A DNA stretch of 34,858 nucleotides. It comes from Calditrichia bacterium. Its GTDB lineage: Bacteria > Calditrichota > Calditrichia > RBG-13-44-9. The DNA is taken from positions 1 through 34,858 of the forward strand of contig JARRQT010000054.1 of NCBI GenBank assembly GCA_037381445.1, given 5' to 3'. The position numbers and the translations under genes were made by a program. The notes beneath the pieces are model-generated. The model worked only from the letters and a program-made list of their open reading frames with translations. It was not told the origin of the DNA and made no database searches. Shown here piece by piece: positions 1-8,112 of the stretch. Positions within the stretch are counted from its first letter, which is position 1. Each line of letters starts with the position of its first letter.

Positions 1-515
1 GAGAGATACCTGAGCAACTTGTTATCGGAATCGTCCACTCTCATTACGATGCCGTTCTGGTTGTCTTTCAGGGCGGAAAGCGGCATTAAACCGTCCAGCA
101 GCGGCAGCATGCCGGTTTTATCGGGAATAGGCGCGCCATGCGGATCAAATTTTGGGAACTGGCACATCTCTTCCAGGCGGTCTATGAGTTCATCGGAGGA
201 GGCGTGTTCCAGTTTTTCTGCTTCTCCGTGCACTTTGTCCCAGGGGAGTCCGACAACCTTGGCAAGAAACGTTTCCCAGATGCGGTGCCGCCGCACAATA
301 TTCAGTGCGAGCTCTTTGCCTTGCGGCGTCAGCTTCACGCTTTTATAGGGAGCATGGCTGATGAGATTTTCCTTTGCCAGCTTTCGGAGCATATCGGTTA
401 CAGCGGCGCGGGTTACGTTCAGTTTTTCGGCTATCAGATTGGGTTTTATTCCGCTGTCGCTGTCGCAGTATTTAAAAATGATGCTGAGGTAATCTTCCTT
501 CGACACATTCTGCAT
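1..515 (-). CDS. DtxR/MntR-family metal-dependent transcriptional repressor (3' end runs off the window)
   Basis: Not in the ORF track because it has no stop in the window. Manual translation from ATG at 515: MQNVSKEDYLSIIFKY...IAEKLNVTRAAVTDMLRKLAKENLI...LTPQGKELALNIVRRHRIWETFL...VHGEAEKLEH...FPKFDPHGAPIP. EDYL, RRHR, EAEKLEH and DPHG.PIP are DtxR-family hallmarks. GAGGA RBS upstream. Confidence 0.93.
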   Translation of the reverse strand, partial: MQNVSKEDYLSIIFKYCDSDSGIKPNLIAEKLNVTRAAVTDMLRKLAKENLISHAPYKSVKLTPQGKELALNIVRRHRIWETFLAKVVGLPWDKVHGEAEKLEHASSDELIDRLEEMCQFPKFDPHGAPIPDKTGMLPLLDGLMPLSALKDNQNGIVMRVDDSDNKLLRYL

Positions 516-534
516 AAATTTTCTGTTCCTCAAT

Positions 535-552
535 AATTAAGCACACTTAATT
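535..552. promoter_or_regulatory. Palindromic operator AATTAAG-N4-CTTAATT, probable autoregulatory site of the DtxR-family gene
   Basis: Perfect 7-bp inverted repeat about 20 bp upstream of the ATG, just downstream of the predicted -10. Resembles SloR/MtsR operators (AATTAA-N6-TTAATT). Confidence 0.7.
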
Positions 553-560
553 TTATTGTT

Positions 561-589
561 ATAGTAATCATGATTTTATCACAAAGCAA
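561..589 (-). promoter_or_regulatory. Sigma70-type promoter of the DtxR-family gene
   Basis: Minus strand TTGCTT (589-584), 17-bp spacer, TACTAT (566-561). Confidence 0.55.
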
Positions 590-984
590 GTTGAAAAATT
601 GGGAAAACGCAGTATCTTGCCGGCCGGCGGGAAAGTAATGGAATATGTCATTTCAAATGAAGTGAGAAATTATCAAATATGCTATGCAATAGAGGTCTCA
701 CCGCAGGCTTCTCATTACATAATGATTCTCAGGGCAAAACGGCAAAAATGCTGCTTCATTCAGTAAGGCTCTTCAGGAGAATGTAAATTCTCACCTGCGC
801 CTGTAATTTTAAATAATGGTCGATTCTCCTGACCCCCCCAGCGAACTTTTGGGCAGGTTAGTCCGCGAGTCATTTCATGAGTGAACATCCGTTCGGTTTG
901 GTTTTATATGATGAATCAGAAATGGGCAGATGCGCAAAATTCTTCCGCAATCTCCGGGCTTCATTTGTTATTGAATCATGCCTT

Positions 985-1437
985 TTATCCAAAAATCTCA
1001 TCGAGCCTTACCCTGCGATAAGCAAAAATCCGTTCTACATCCCGCCCAACAAAAAATTTGTGGATAAGCGGCGCAAAAATCAAACCCGGCACCGCATACT
1101 CCACCCGGTCGGTCATGCGGGTCCCCTGGCCGGTTTCTTCGAAGCGGTGCTCATGGACCCATTTCCGGTAGGGACCTTTGAGCTGGGTATCCACGAAGCG
1201 GTGAGGCGGCTCCCATACGGTGATTTCCGTCTTCCAGCTTATGGGAATCCCGTAGAGGCGCAGCCGGTAATCGATGCGGGTGCCTGCCTGCATTTTTATG
1301 GGCGGCGGCGTCAATATCCGGAAGTTCAGCCAGGGGGGCGTCACCACTTCAAGATTCCCGGCGCTGCTGAAAAAATCAAAAATCTCTGCCACAGGTCTGT
1401 TCAAAATTGCTTCCGATTCAAATATGTACAGCCGCAT
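985..1437 (-). CDS. SRPBCC (START/cyclase fold) family protein
   Basis: MRLYIFESE...FDFFSSAGNLEVVTPPWLNF...FVDTQLKGPYRKWVHEHRF...TRMTDRVEY is typical of the SRPBCC_8-like group. Start moved to ATG 1437 (AGGAG RBS, adjacent to the upstream stop). Confidence 0.88.
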   Translation of the reverse strand: MRLYIFESEAILNRPVAEIFDFFSSAGNLEVVTPPWLNFRILTPPPIKMQAGTRIDYRLRLYGIPISWKTEITVWEPPHRFVDTQLKGPYRKWVHEHRFEETGQGTRMTDRVEYAVPGLIFAPLIHKFFVGRDVERIFAYRRVRLDEIFG

Positions 1438-1438
1438 T

Positions 1439-2407
1439 TCATAAACTCCTTCCCTTGCCGGAATCCGTGATATCGACAAATTCCGCGGGGAAAGGATTGA
1501 AGAAAGTCTGCCGGGCCAGATATTTTGCGTCAAAGCGAACGATATAGGAATTCATCACATGAACCGGCACGCTGAGCGGGACTTTCCGGTTCCGGTATTT
1601 CTCAAGCGTCTCCAGAAAATAGGATTTCTCGCGGGAGGTCAGTTCTTTCTTGAAGTAGCCCAGTGCATGCATCAGCACGTTAATGTTCGAAGTATGGCGG
1701 GGCATTTTGCTGAAAGCCTGGCAGAGGTGCCGGGAATAATCTTCAGTCACCGTGTCAAACGGCTGCCTGTCCGCATTGGCGGTGACTTGTCCCATGGCGC
1801 GCGCCTCTTTCTGATTGTATGCCATGTACAGTAATTTATTCTGCGAATGGAATTCCACCAGATTCCGGTGTTTGCCTGATTTTTTCATCTCCCGGAACCT
1901 GGCCAGAATGAAGAGTTTGGTCAGGAAGTGTTCGCGGATAGTGAAGTTGTTGAGACGCCCTTCATCTTCCACCGCCAGATGGCCAAATTGCCGCAAAACA
2001 GCCTCGCCGAACAGGCCCCTGCTTTTGGCGAGAGGAGCGGATTTTTCGTTTACCGGATACACTTTGACATCTGCTGGTCCGCAGGAAGGAGAACGGCTCT
2101 TTAAAATGAAACCGTCAATGGCGCCGAGGGAATTAAGAAAATTCCCGGAAAAATCCAGCATGTGCTTTGTCACATCCCTGCCTGTGGCGGGCTGGACCAA
2201 ACGTATCTGATTTCCTTTCATGACCAGGCGGATCGGGTCGCGGGGCGTCCCCAACCCGATTTCCTCCTCCGGGCAGACAGGAATGAATTCCACAAAATCC
2301 AGTAGCTTGTGGACGAAATTATTGGGAATGAGCTGACCGTTATATCGGCAAGCCGCAATCTCCAGGCATCTGCTCAATCCGACTCTCGGTTTTATGCTGT
2401 CTGTCAT
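1439..2407 (-). CDS. DUF523 (TudS) + DUF1722 fusion, YbgA/RudS-like thio-nucleobase/tRNA desulfidase
   Basis: N-terminal SRCL..CRYNG, PVCPE and KSRSPSCG (TudS [4Fe-4S] Cys motifs). C-terminal EDEGRL, FHSQNKLLYMA, NVLMHALGYFK and YLARQTFF.P.P of DUF1722. Confidence 0.9.
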   Translation of the reverse strand: MTDSIKPRVGLSRCLEIAACRYNGQLIPNNFVHKLLDFVEFIPVCPEEEIGLGTPRDPIRLVMKGNQIRLVQPATGRDVTKHMLDFSGNFLNSLGAIDGFILKSRSPSCGPADVKVYPVNEKSAPLAKSRGLFGEAVLRQFGHLAVEDEGRLNNFTIREHFLTKLFILARFREMKKSGKHRNLVEFHSQNKLLYMAYNQKEARAMGQVTANADRQPFDTVTEDYSRHLCQAFSKMPRHTSNINVLMHALGYFKKELTSREKSYFLETLEKYRNRKVPLSVPVHVMNSYIVRFDAKYLARQTFFNPFPAEFVDITDSGKGRSL

Positions 2408-2835
2408 GTCGTTATTCCCAAATTGTTTCTATTTGAAGATAATTTATGAAAAATCCACGTTCAGAGACCGGCCCCTGTGAAGTGCTCATCCTCTGATTAT
2501 TCATATCTAAAATAGTGAACAATTGGCGAAGGAAAAAGATTCTTTGTGTGAAATGAAAATTGGGGAGTGAAACGGCCGATCCAAAGTCCGCCTAATCTTC
2601 GGTGGCAATTGTTGTCTTAGGAAAAATTTGGAATGATATAAGCTGAAAATTATGCGATGAGGATATGGCTTCTATTTTTTATTTCGGAAAAATTATATTA
2701 TTTATATTTATATCGGAGCGAAAAGTTAATAACTTTTAAGGATTCCAAAGTGTGTTTGGATCAAAGATGAATACAGCTAATGATTGAAATCGAGGATTGA
2801 ACAACTGAATTTGCTCTAATATTGGAAGGAGATTT

Positions 2836-3285
2836 ATGTATAAAAAAATTGTGGTTGCGACCGATGGCAGCAAAACGTCCCTGCAAGCGGCCAGACAGGG
2901 TATGGATCTGGCCCGGCGATTCAAAGCGGACCTAAAAATTGTTTATGTGATTGATCAGCGTGTATTTTTCTTTCCGCACGAAGTTCAGGAATTGACCACT
3001 GAAAATCCATATTTCACGGTACTGAATGAGCTGCGCGACAACGCTCAGGCGGTGATGGACTCCCTGACGAAAGAGGCCGAAAAGCACATGGTGGAATTTG
3101 AACCACTCATCCGTGAAGGGCAGATTATTGACGAAATCCTGAAAGTGATCAAAGAGGCGAAGGCCGATCTGCTGATTCTCGGGACACATGGGCAGACCGG
3201 AGAGGCCAGGGGCGTTCTGGGAAGCACCGCCCAGGCACTGGTAGTATTAGTCGACTGCTCCATGCTGCTGGTAAGTAATAAATGA
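2836..3285 (+). CDS. Universal stress protein (UspA family)
   Basis: MYKKIVVATDGS...ADLLILGTHGQTG...LGSTAQALV; AAGGAG RBS. Confidence 0.93.
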   Translation: MYKKIVVATDGSKTSLQAARQGMDLARRFKADLKIVYVIDQRVFFFPHEVQELTTENPYFTVLNELRDNAQAVMDSLTKEAEKHMVEFEPLIREGQIIDEILKVIKEAKADLLILGTHGQTGEARGVLGSTAQALVVLVDCSMLLVSNK

Positions 3286-3431
3286 TAATTTTTTTGACAA
3301 ATGGGAATCATTTTCAGACGATTCCTATTTAAAATAAAGAGGCAGTAAACACAGTGAATTTCAAATTCATTCTGGAGAAAATCAGGATCCAAGAGACTGT
3401 TTAATTTTTCTGAAGTCAATGGGGAGTGTGG

Positions 3432-4868
3432 ATGATGGAAGTGAAGAAAAGAACTAAAATTGTGGCGACAGTGGGTCCGGCGAGTGATGATTCTGAAATT
3501 CTTGAAAAGCTTGTTCTGGCCGGCGTCGATGTGTTCCGGTTGAATTTCTCACATGGCGACCATGCATCCCATCTCGAAAATATCAAAAAAATAAAAGAAA
3601 TCAGAAAAAAACTGAACCGGCCGGTGGCCATTTTGCAGGACCTTAGCGGACCCAAGATCCGGCTGGGCAAAATCGGGAATGAGCCGCTGAAAGTCAGCGA
3701 GAAAGATACAATCGTGTTGGACGGTTCTCTGACCGGGACATCGGACGACAACCATATTGGCATCAATCATAGGAATTTCGCACAGGACGTTTTTGAGGGC
3801 GCCAGACTGCTGCTTTCGGACGGTGATCTGGAACTGGAAGTCACCAAAGTGGACCCCCCAAAGGTCTATTGCCGGGTGATCATCGGCGGCAAACTCTATT
3901 CTCACAAGGGTGTTAATTTTCCCACCGGTTCCTTTAAGATTCCGGCCTTGACCGATAAGGACAGAGAGGATCTGGTTTTCGGATTGAACAATGGTGTCGA
4001 TCTGGTTGCCATGTCCTTTGTGCGTTCTGCGAAAGACCTTGATCTGGCCCGGAAAATATTCGAACAGGAAGGTGTTACCGTCCCGCTGGTGGCCAAAATT
4101 GAGAAACACGAAGCCCTTTCAAACCTGGAAGAAATTGTGCAGGCCGCCGACGGCATTATGGTGGCCCGCGGAGATCTGGGCGTGGAGATAGACCTGGAGC
4201 GGGTCCCCATCCTCCAGAAGCAGATCATCAAAATGGCCAACCGGGCCGGCAAACCGGTGATCACCGCCACCCAGATGCTTCGTTCTATGGTCAGCGCGTC
4301 CCGGCCCACCCGCGCAGAAGCCACCGATGTGGCCAATGCCATACTGGACGGCACCGATGCGGTGATGCTGTCCGAGGAAACGGCGGTGGGGGATTACCCG
4401 GTGAAAGCGGTCCTGACTATGGAAAAAATCGCCCTGCAGGCTGAAAAATATTATGCTGAACTTTATAAGCCCCGGATGGAACGTTTCCGCGAACGACAGT
4501 CGAAATTGACAGAGCCGGTTTCCCACTCCGCGGTTATTCTGGCCCATGATCTGGATGCCCGCATGATATTTGCCGTGACGCGCAGCGGATATACGGCGCG
4601 GGCCATTGCGGCCTATCGGCCGTGCAGCTACATCATGGCCCTGACTCCCAATGAAAATGTGTATCATCAATTGGCACTGGTATGGGGCGTGACGCCGGTG
4701 CAATATCCGCTGCAGAAAAATTTGCAGACGGTGATCAAAGATGCCACCGACATTGCAAAAGATCTGGAATTGATTGAACAGGAAGAAGCCTATGTTTTGA
4801 CCAGCGGTTTTCCGCTGGGGGCGCCGGGTTCAATTAACCAGGTTACCGCCGGAATGTTCGGGGACTAG
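3432..4868 (+). CDS. pyk: Pyruvate kinase
   Basis: RTKIVATVGPAS, RLNFSHG, AKIEK, MVARGDLGVE, ATQML.SM, DGTDAVMLSEETA. Start is ATG 3432 or 3435 after GGGAG. Confidence 0.97.
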   Translation: MMEVKKRTKIVATVGPASDDSEILEKLVLAGVDVFRLNFSHGDHASHLENIKKIKEIRKKLNRPVAILQDLSGPKIRLGKIGNEPLKVSEKDTIVLDGSLTGTSDDNHIGINHRNFAQDVFEGARLLLSDGDLELEVTKVDPPKVYCRVIIGGKLYSHKGVNFPTGSFKIPALTDKDREDLVFGLNNGVDLVAMSFVRSAKDLDLARKIFEQEGVTVPLVAKIEKHEALSNLEEIVQAADGIMVARGDLGVEIDLERVPILQKQIIKMANRAGKPVITATQMLRSMVSASRPTRAEATDVANAILDGTDAVMLSEETAVGDYPVKAVLTMEKIALQAEKYYAELYKPRMERFRERQSKLTEPVSHSAVILAHDLDARMIFAVTRSGYTARAIAAYRPCSYIMALTPNENVYHQLALVWGVTPVQYPLQKNLQTVIKDATDIAKDLELIEQEEAYVLTSGFPLGAPGSINQVTAGMFGD

Positions 4869-4879
4869 CTAAAGCCGCC

Positions 4880-6436
4880 TCAGGCGGAAGGGATGTCCGT
4901 CGGAAGGCTGTCAAACCGCTTTTCATTTTCCCGTATAACAAAGACGCCCGCCGGATTGGGCAGGGGGCATTTGAATTCGCAGATACCGCATCCGATGCAC
5001 AGGTTCCGGTCCACATAGGGATATTTGACCATTCTTCGTGAACCGTCCGGAAGCTGAGCCTCCCGCACATCGAACTTGATGGCCTTCTCCGGGGTGGGGC
5101 AGTGTTCCTCGCACACAATGCAGTCTTCATTCCGCGCGTAGGGAATACAGATATTTTTATCGAAATAGGCCAGTCCCATTGGCGTTTTCTGTTTCACTTC
5201 AAGAGACAGGGGAAGGATGGCATCCGTAGGGCACACTTTGCCGCAGAGGTTGCAGTTGTATTCGCAGTAGCCGTGCCGCATTTCCGCCAGCGGCGTCCAG
5301 AAATCCAGCAAACCTTGTTCAAAACCGCTGGGCTGCAAACAGCCGCCGTTGGATTCGCAAATTCTGACGCACTCCAGGCAGCGGATGCAGCGGTCCATAA
5401 ATTCGTTTTCCGGGATGGCGCCGGGCGGGCGGATATGTTTGCCCTTATCTGTTTTGTGCGGGAAGCCAATGCTCAGCAAACCGATGGCGGCAAGTCCCCC
5501 GGCGGCGGAGCCCAGAAATTTTCTTCTGGCAAAATCCGGAGCGCTGCGGTACGGTTTAAAGCGAAACCGGAAAGTAATGGATTTGGATTTCGGTGGACAT
5601 TTCTCACCGCAATTGAAACACTCGATGCACTCCACCTTATGGGTCTCTTTCACATTTCCGGCGGGGATTGCATTCATTTTACATTCCGTCTGGCAGCGGT
5701 TGCAGACCGGGCAGCTATCGCCCACAATCCTCTCGTAAAATCTGAATTGGGATAAAAATCCCAGAAGTGCGCCCGCCGGGCAGATATTCCTGCACCAGAA
5801 ACGCCTGGAAAGTTTCTCCAGTCCGAAAATGACGGCAATCAGCATGAGGATTGAAAAAACGCCCAGTAACTGTGCCTGATTTTCGGGCATGACGGCGGTT
5901 TTGAACCAATCATAGGCAGCGTAGGAAGTAGATTGCAGAAACGGCACTTTGGCTCCCGCCAGCAAAAGCGCGCCTGAAATGAAGGTGAAAAAAGGATACA
6001 GGATAACGGTTGTGATGCGCGTAAATATTGCCAGAGGATCGAAATACCCCCACAGGTTTACGGACAGGACGGCCAGGATGATGGTGGCGGAGAGGATAGC
6101 AAATTTGACCCACCTGAATTTTTGCCATTTTTGCGATTTCCGGTTGTTGGGCGAGCCCGAGACCCGGCTGAAAATATCCAGGGAAGTGCCCAGCGGACAG
6201 ACCCATCCGCAGAAGAACCGGCCCAGGATTGGCGTCAAAAGCAAAATGATGATGGCCGGCCAGAAAAACAGGGGCAGATTCAAAGTATCGATGAAATAGT
6301 ATAGCGGACCAAGCGGGGAAAACCTCAGAAATATGTCGCTGGGGATTTTTACTTCGTATGGATAGCGCGCCCGGATGAACAAAAAGGCGAAGAAAAGGAG
6401 AAATGCGATCTGGATTAGTCTGCGGAAACGTGCCAT
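4880..6436 (-). CDS. Membrane polyferredoxin (NapH/MauN-like membrane domain fused to NapG/MauM-like ferredoxin domain)
   Basis: GRFFCGWVCPLG and RFWCRNICPAG motifs, about 5 hydrophobic segments, several CxxCxxCxxxC clusters, internal RRKFL followed by a hydrophobic helix and then RPPGA...CIRC.EC...C. Confidence 0.88.
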   Translation of the reverse strand: MARFRRLIQIAFLLFFAFLFIRARYPYEVKIPSDIFLRFSPLGPLYYFIDTLNLPLFFWPAIIILLLTPILGRFFCGWVCPLGTSLDIFSRVSGSPNNRKSQKWQKFRWVKFAILSATIILAVLSVNLWGYFDPLAIFTRITTVILYPFFTFISGALLLAGAKVPFLQSTSYAAYDWFKTAVMPENQAQLLGVFSILMLIAVIFGLEKLSRRFWCRNICPAGALLGFLSQFRFYERIVGDSCPVCNRCQTECKMNAIPAGNVKETHKVECIECFNCGEKCPPKSKSITFRFRFKPYRSAPDFARRKFLGSAAGGLAAIGLLSIGFPHKTDKGKHIRPPGAIPENEFMDRCIRCLECVRICESNGGCLQPSGFEQGLLDFWTPLAEMRHGYCEYNCNLCGKVCPTDAILPLSLEVKQKTPMGLAYFDKNICIPYARNEDCIVCEEHCPTPEKAIKFDVREAQLPDGSRRMVKYPYVDRNLCIGCGICEFKCPLPNPAGVFVIRENEKRFDSLPTDIPSA

Positions 6437-6438
6437 TC

Positions 6439-7341
6439 TTAGCTGAGGGTTACCTTTTCCAAATTGAGGTTTTGCGGATCGTATTTGTTGAGTTTCCTTC
6501 TGTAAGCTTCTTTCAGATAGGAGATTTCCTCCAGTTTTCGGTCGAATAGGCTTAACGACAGATAATCGGCGGTTACCGTGCAGGGACTCATGATAAGCGT
6601 TTTCGCCAGTTTGACATCATTCAGGTTGCCCCCTACCGGTCCGTTATTGAGAAGAATGCGGTAGGCGTCTATGATGGTAAGCGTGGGCAGAATGTGGGAG
6701 CCGATATCGATCAGCTTCTTCTCGAAATGGTTGTGAATTTCTCCCCGGTTTCCTCCCATGGCGCCCATCAGATTCTTGAGTCCGCCAGTCACAATGGCCA
6801 GGGAATGGTGTTTGGCGATGGGCACATTGATGACTTTATCCGCCTCCATGTAATCCTGATAGATTGGCCATTTTTTGACCACTTCGCCATTGGGCAGTGA
6901 GATTTCCTTGAATTTATAGGGACGAACCTGCTGAACATCCGCTCCGGCTTCCTTCCCGGCCGCCTCGATCTGACTGTTCCGGTAACAGCGCTGCGGATTG
7001 TTGCAGGTGTTATCAAATATTTTTACTTTTGAAGCGCCTGCGTCAAAACAGGCCTTCACGAGGGAGGAGATGAGCTCGGGATTCGTGTTTGCGGCGAATT
7101 GCGGCGCCCTGTCCCAACCCATATTGGGCTTCACGACGACCACATCTCCTTTGGAAATGAAAGTGCCCAGCCCGCCAAATTGCTCGAAAGCGGCGTTTAG
7201 CAGCTGGGCGGGTTCTCCGCCGCTGACCCAAACGGCATCCGGGGTGGCAGCACCGGCAGAAAACAGATTGAGAGGATTCCCCAGCAGGAAGGAACCTGTC
7301 CCGGCGGCTATTGAAAACTTTAAAAAATCTCTTCGCTGCAT
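6439..7341 (-). CDS. DUF362-domain protein with Tat signal peptide
   Basis: MQRRDFLK twin-arginine signal; VVVKPNMGWDR, ANTNP and INVPIAKHH...LKNLMG motifs of DUF362. Start ATG 7341 has a GGGAG RBS. Confidence 0.88.
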   Translation of the reverse strand: MQRRDFLKFSIAAGTGSFLLGNPLNLFSAGAATPDAVWVSGGEPAQLLNAAFEQFGGLGTFISKGDVVVVKPNMGWDRAPQFAANTNPELISSLVKACFDAGASKVKIFDNTCNNPQRCYRNSQIEAAGKEAGADVQQVRPYKFKEISLPNGEVVKKWPIYQDYMEADKVINVPIAKHHSLAIVTGGLKNLMGAMGGNRGEIHNHFEKKLIDIGSHILPTLTIIDAYRILLNNGPVGGNLNDVKLAKTLIMSPCTVTADYLSLSLFDRKLEEISYLKEAYRRKLNKYDPQNLNLEKVTLS

Positions 7342-7467
7342 TGTGACTGCTCCCATTTTTCTGGAATATATAAAATATTAATTTTGGAACAAAAGGCAAC
7401 TTGAAATATTTAAGGGAACCCGGAGGATGATATTCGTTTGCAGAAAACAGGTTTCCACAAAAATATA

Positions 7468-7495
7468 TTGACTTGCTTTCTCATTTCATTAAATT
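7468..7495 (+). promoter_or_regulatory. Putative promoter of smg-topA-xerC-hpf
   Basis: TTGACT (7468-7473), 16-bp spacer, TAAATT (7490-7495). Confidence 0.5.
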
Positions 7496-7518
7496 TGCTT
7501 AAAAGAAATGGGGAGTGA

Positions 7519-7995
7519 ATGCAGCAGAAGATAATTGAGATTATTGAGTTTTTGATTGCGGAAATCGACCGATTGCAGGAGCCACATTTTCCCGACCTTG
7601 ATTCTCTGTCCAAAAAATTATTGGAAAAGGGCTACACCGAAAAGGATATAGAGGAAGCAGTGGAATGGATTTCTGAATTTATCGACCGTACGGATGCGAA
7701 GGGCGGCGATAAGCAGAACCTTTTGAACAACCAGAGCGCCCTGCGGATGCTTAATGGTTTTGAAAAGAAGATGTTTTCCAGCGACGCCCACGGTTTTCTT
7801 CTGCAAATTCAAAAACTTGGCCTTGTCACCGCATCGCAAATTGAACAAATAATTGACCGGTGTATGATGATTGGAATGGAAGGTATTTCCCTGGAGGAAG
7901 TGAAGGCGGTAACGGTGCAGTTCTTGATTGGGAAGGAAACTGGTTTTGCAGATACTAAAGCTGTATTTCATCCCGGGAATGAAACAATACATTGA
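7519..7995 (+). CDS. smg: DUF494 / Smg family protein
   Basis: L..KGYTEKDIEEAVEW, ALRMLNGFEK...AHGFLLQIQKLGLV...IEQIIDR; conserved position directly upstream of topA. Confidence 0.82.
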   Translation: MQQKIIEIIEFLIAEIDRLQEPHFPDLDSLSKKLLEKGYTEKDIEEAVEWISEFIDRTDAKGGDKQNLLNNQSALRMLNGFEKKMFSSDAHGFLLQIQKLGLVTASQIEQIIDRCMMIGMEGISLEEVKAVTVQFLIGKETGFADTKAVFHPGNETIH

Positions 7996-8112
7996 CGGAA
8001 CATCATCCTCCCGTGATTTTATCCGGAACATTCTCTGATCTATTAAATACCAGAACGTCGGGTACTTCCGGAAAACGGCTAATTGAACTTAAGACGATGG
8101 AATTATTCTTTT

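Noticed and set aside
875..979. Minus-strand MIQ*QMKPGDCGRILRI.. resembling a FeoA N-terminus near the DtxR gene
   Set aside because: The similarity covers about 12 residues, the LxxMG core is absent, and the ORF is 29 aa without an RBS. Chance is likely.
1059..1067. Perfect DnaA box (TGTGGATAA)
   Set aside because: Single copy inside a CDS with no cluster, so it is not an oriC signal.
877..1470. 197-aa plus-strand ORF and other long antisense ORFs (e.g. 138-536, 5102-5755, 9424-10020, 15667-16386)
   Set aside because: They are shadows of well-supported genes on the opposite strand, with no recognisable motifs.
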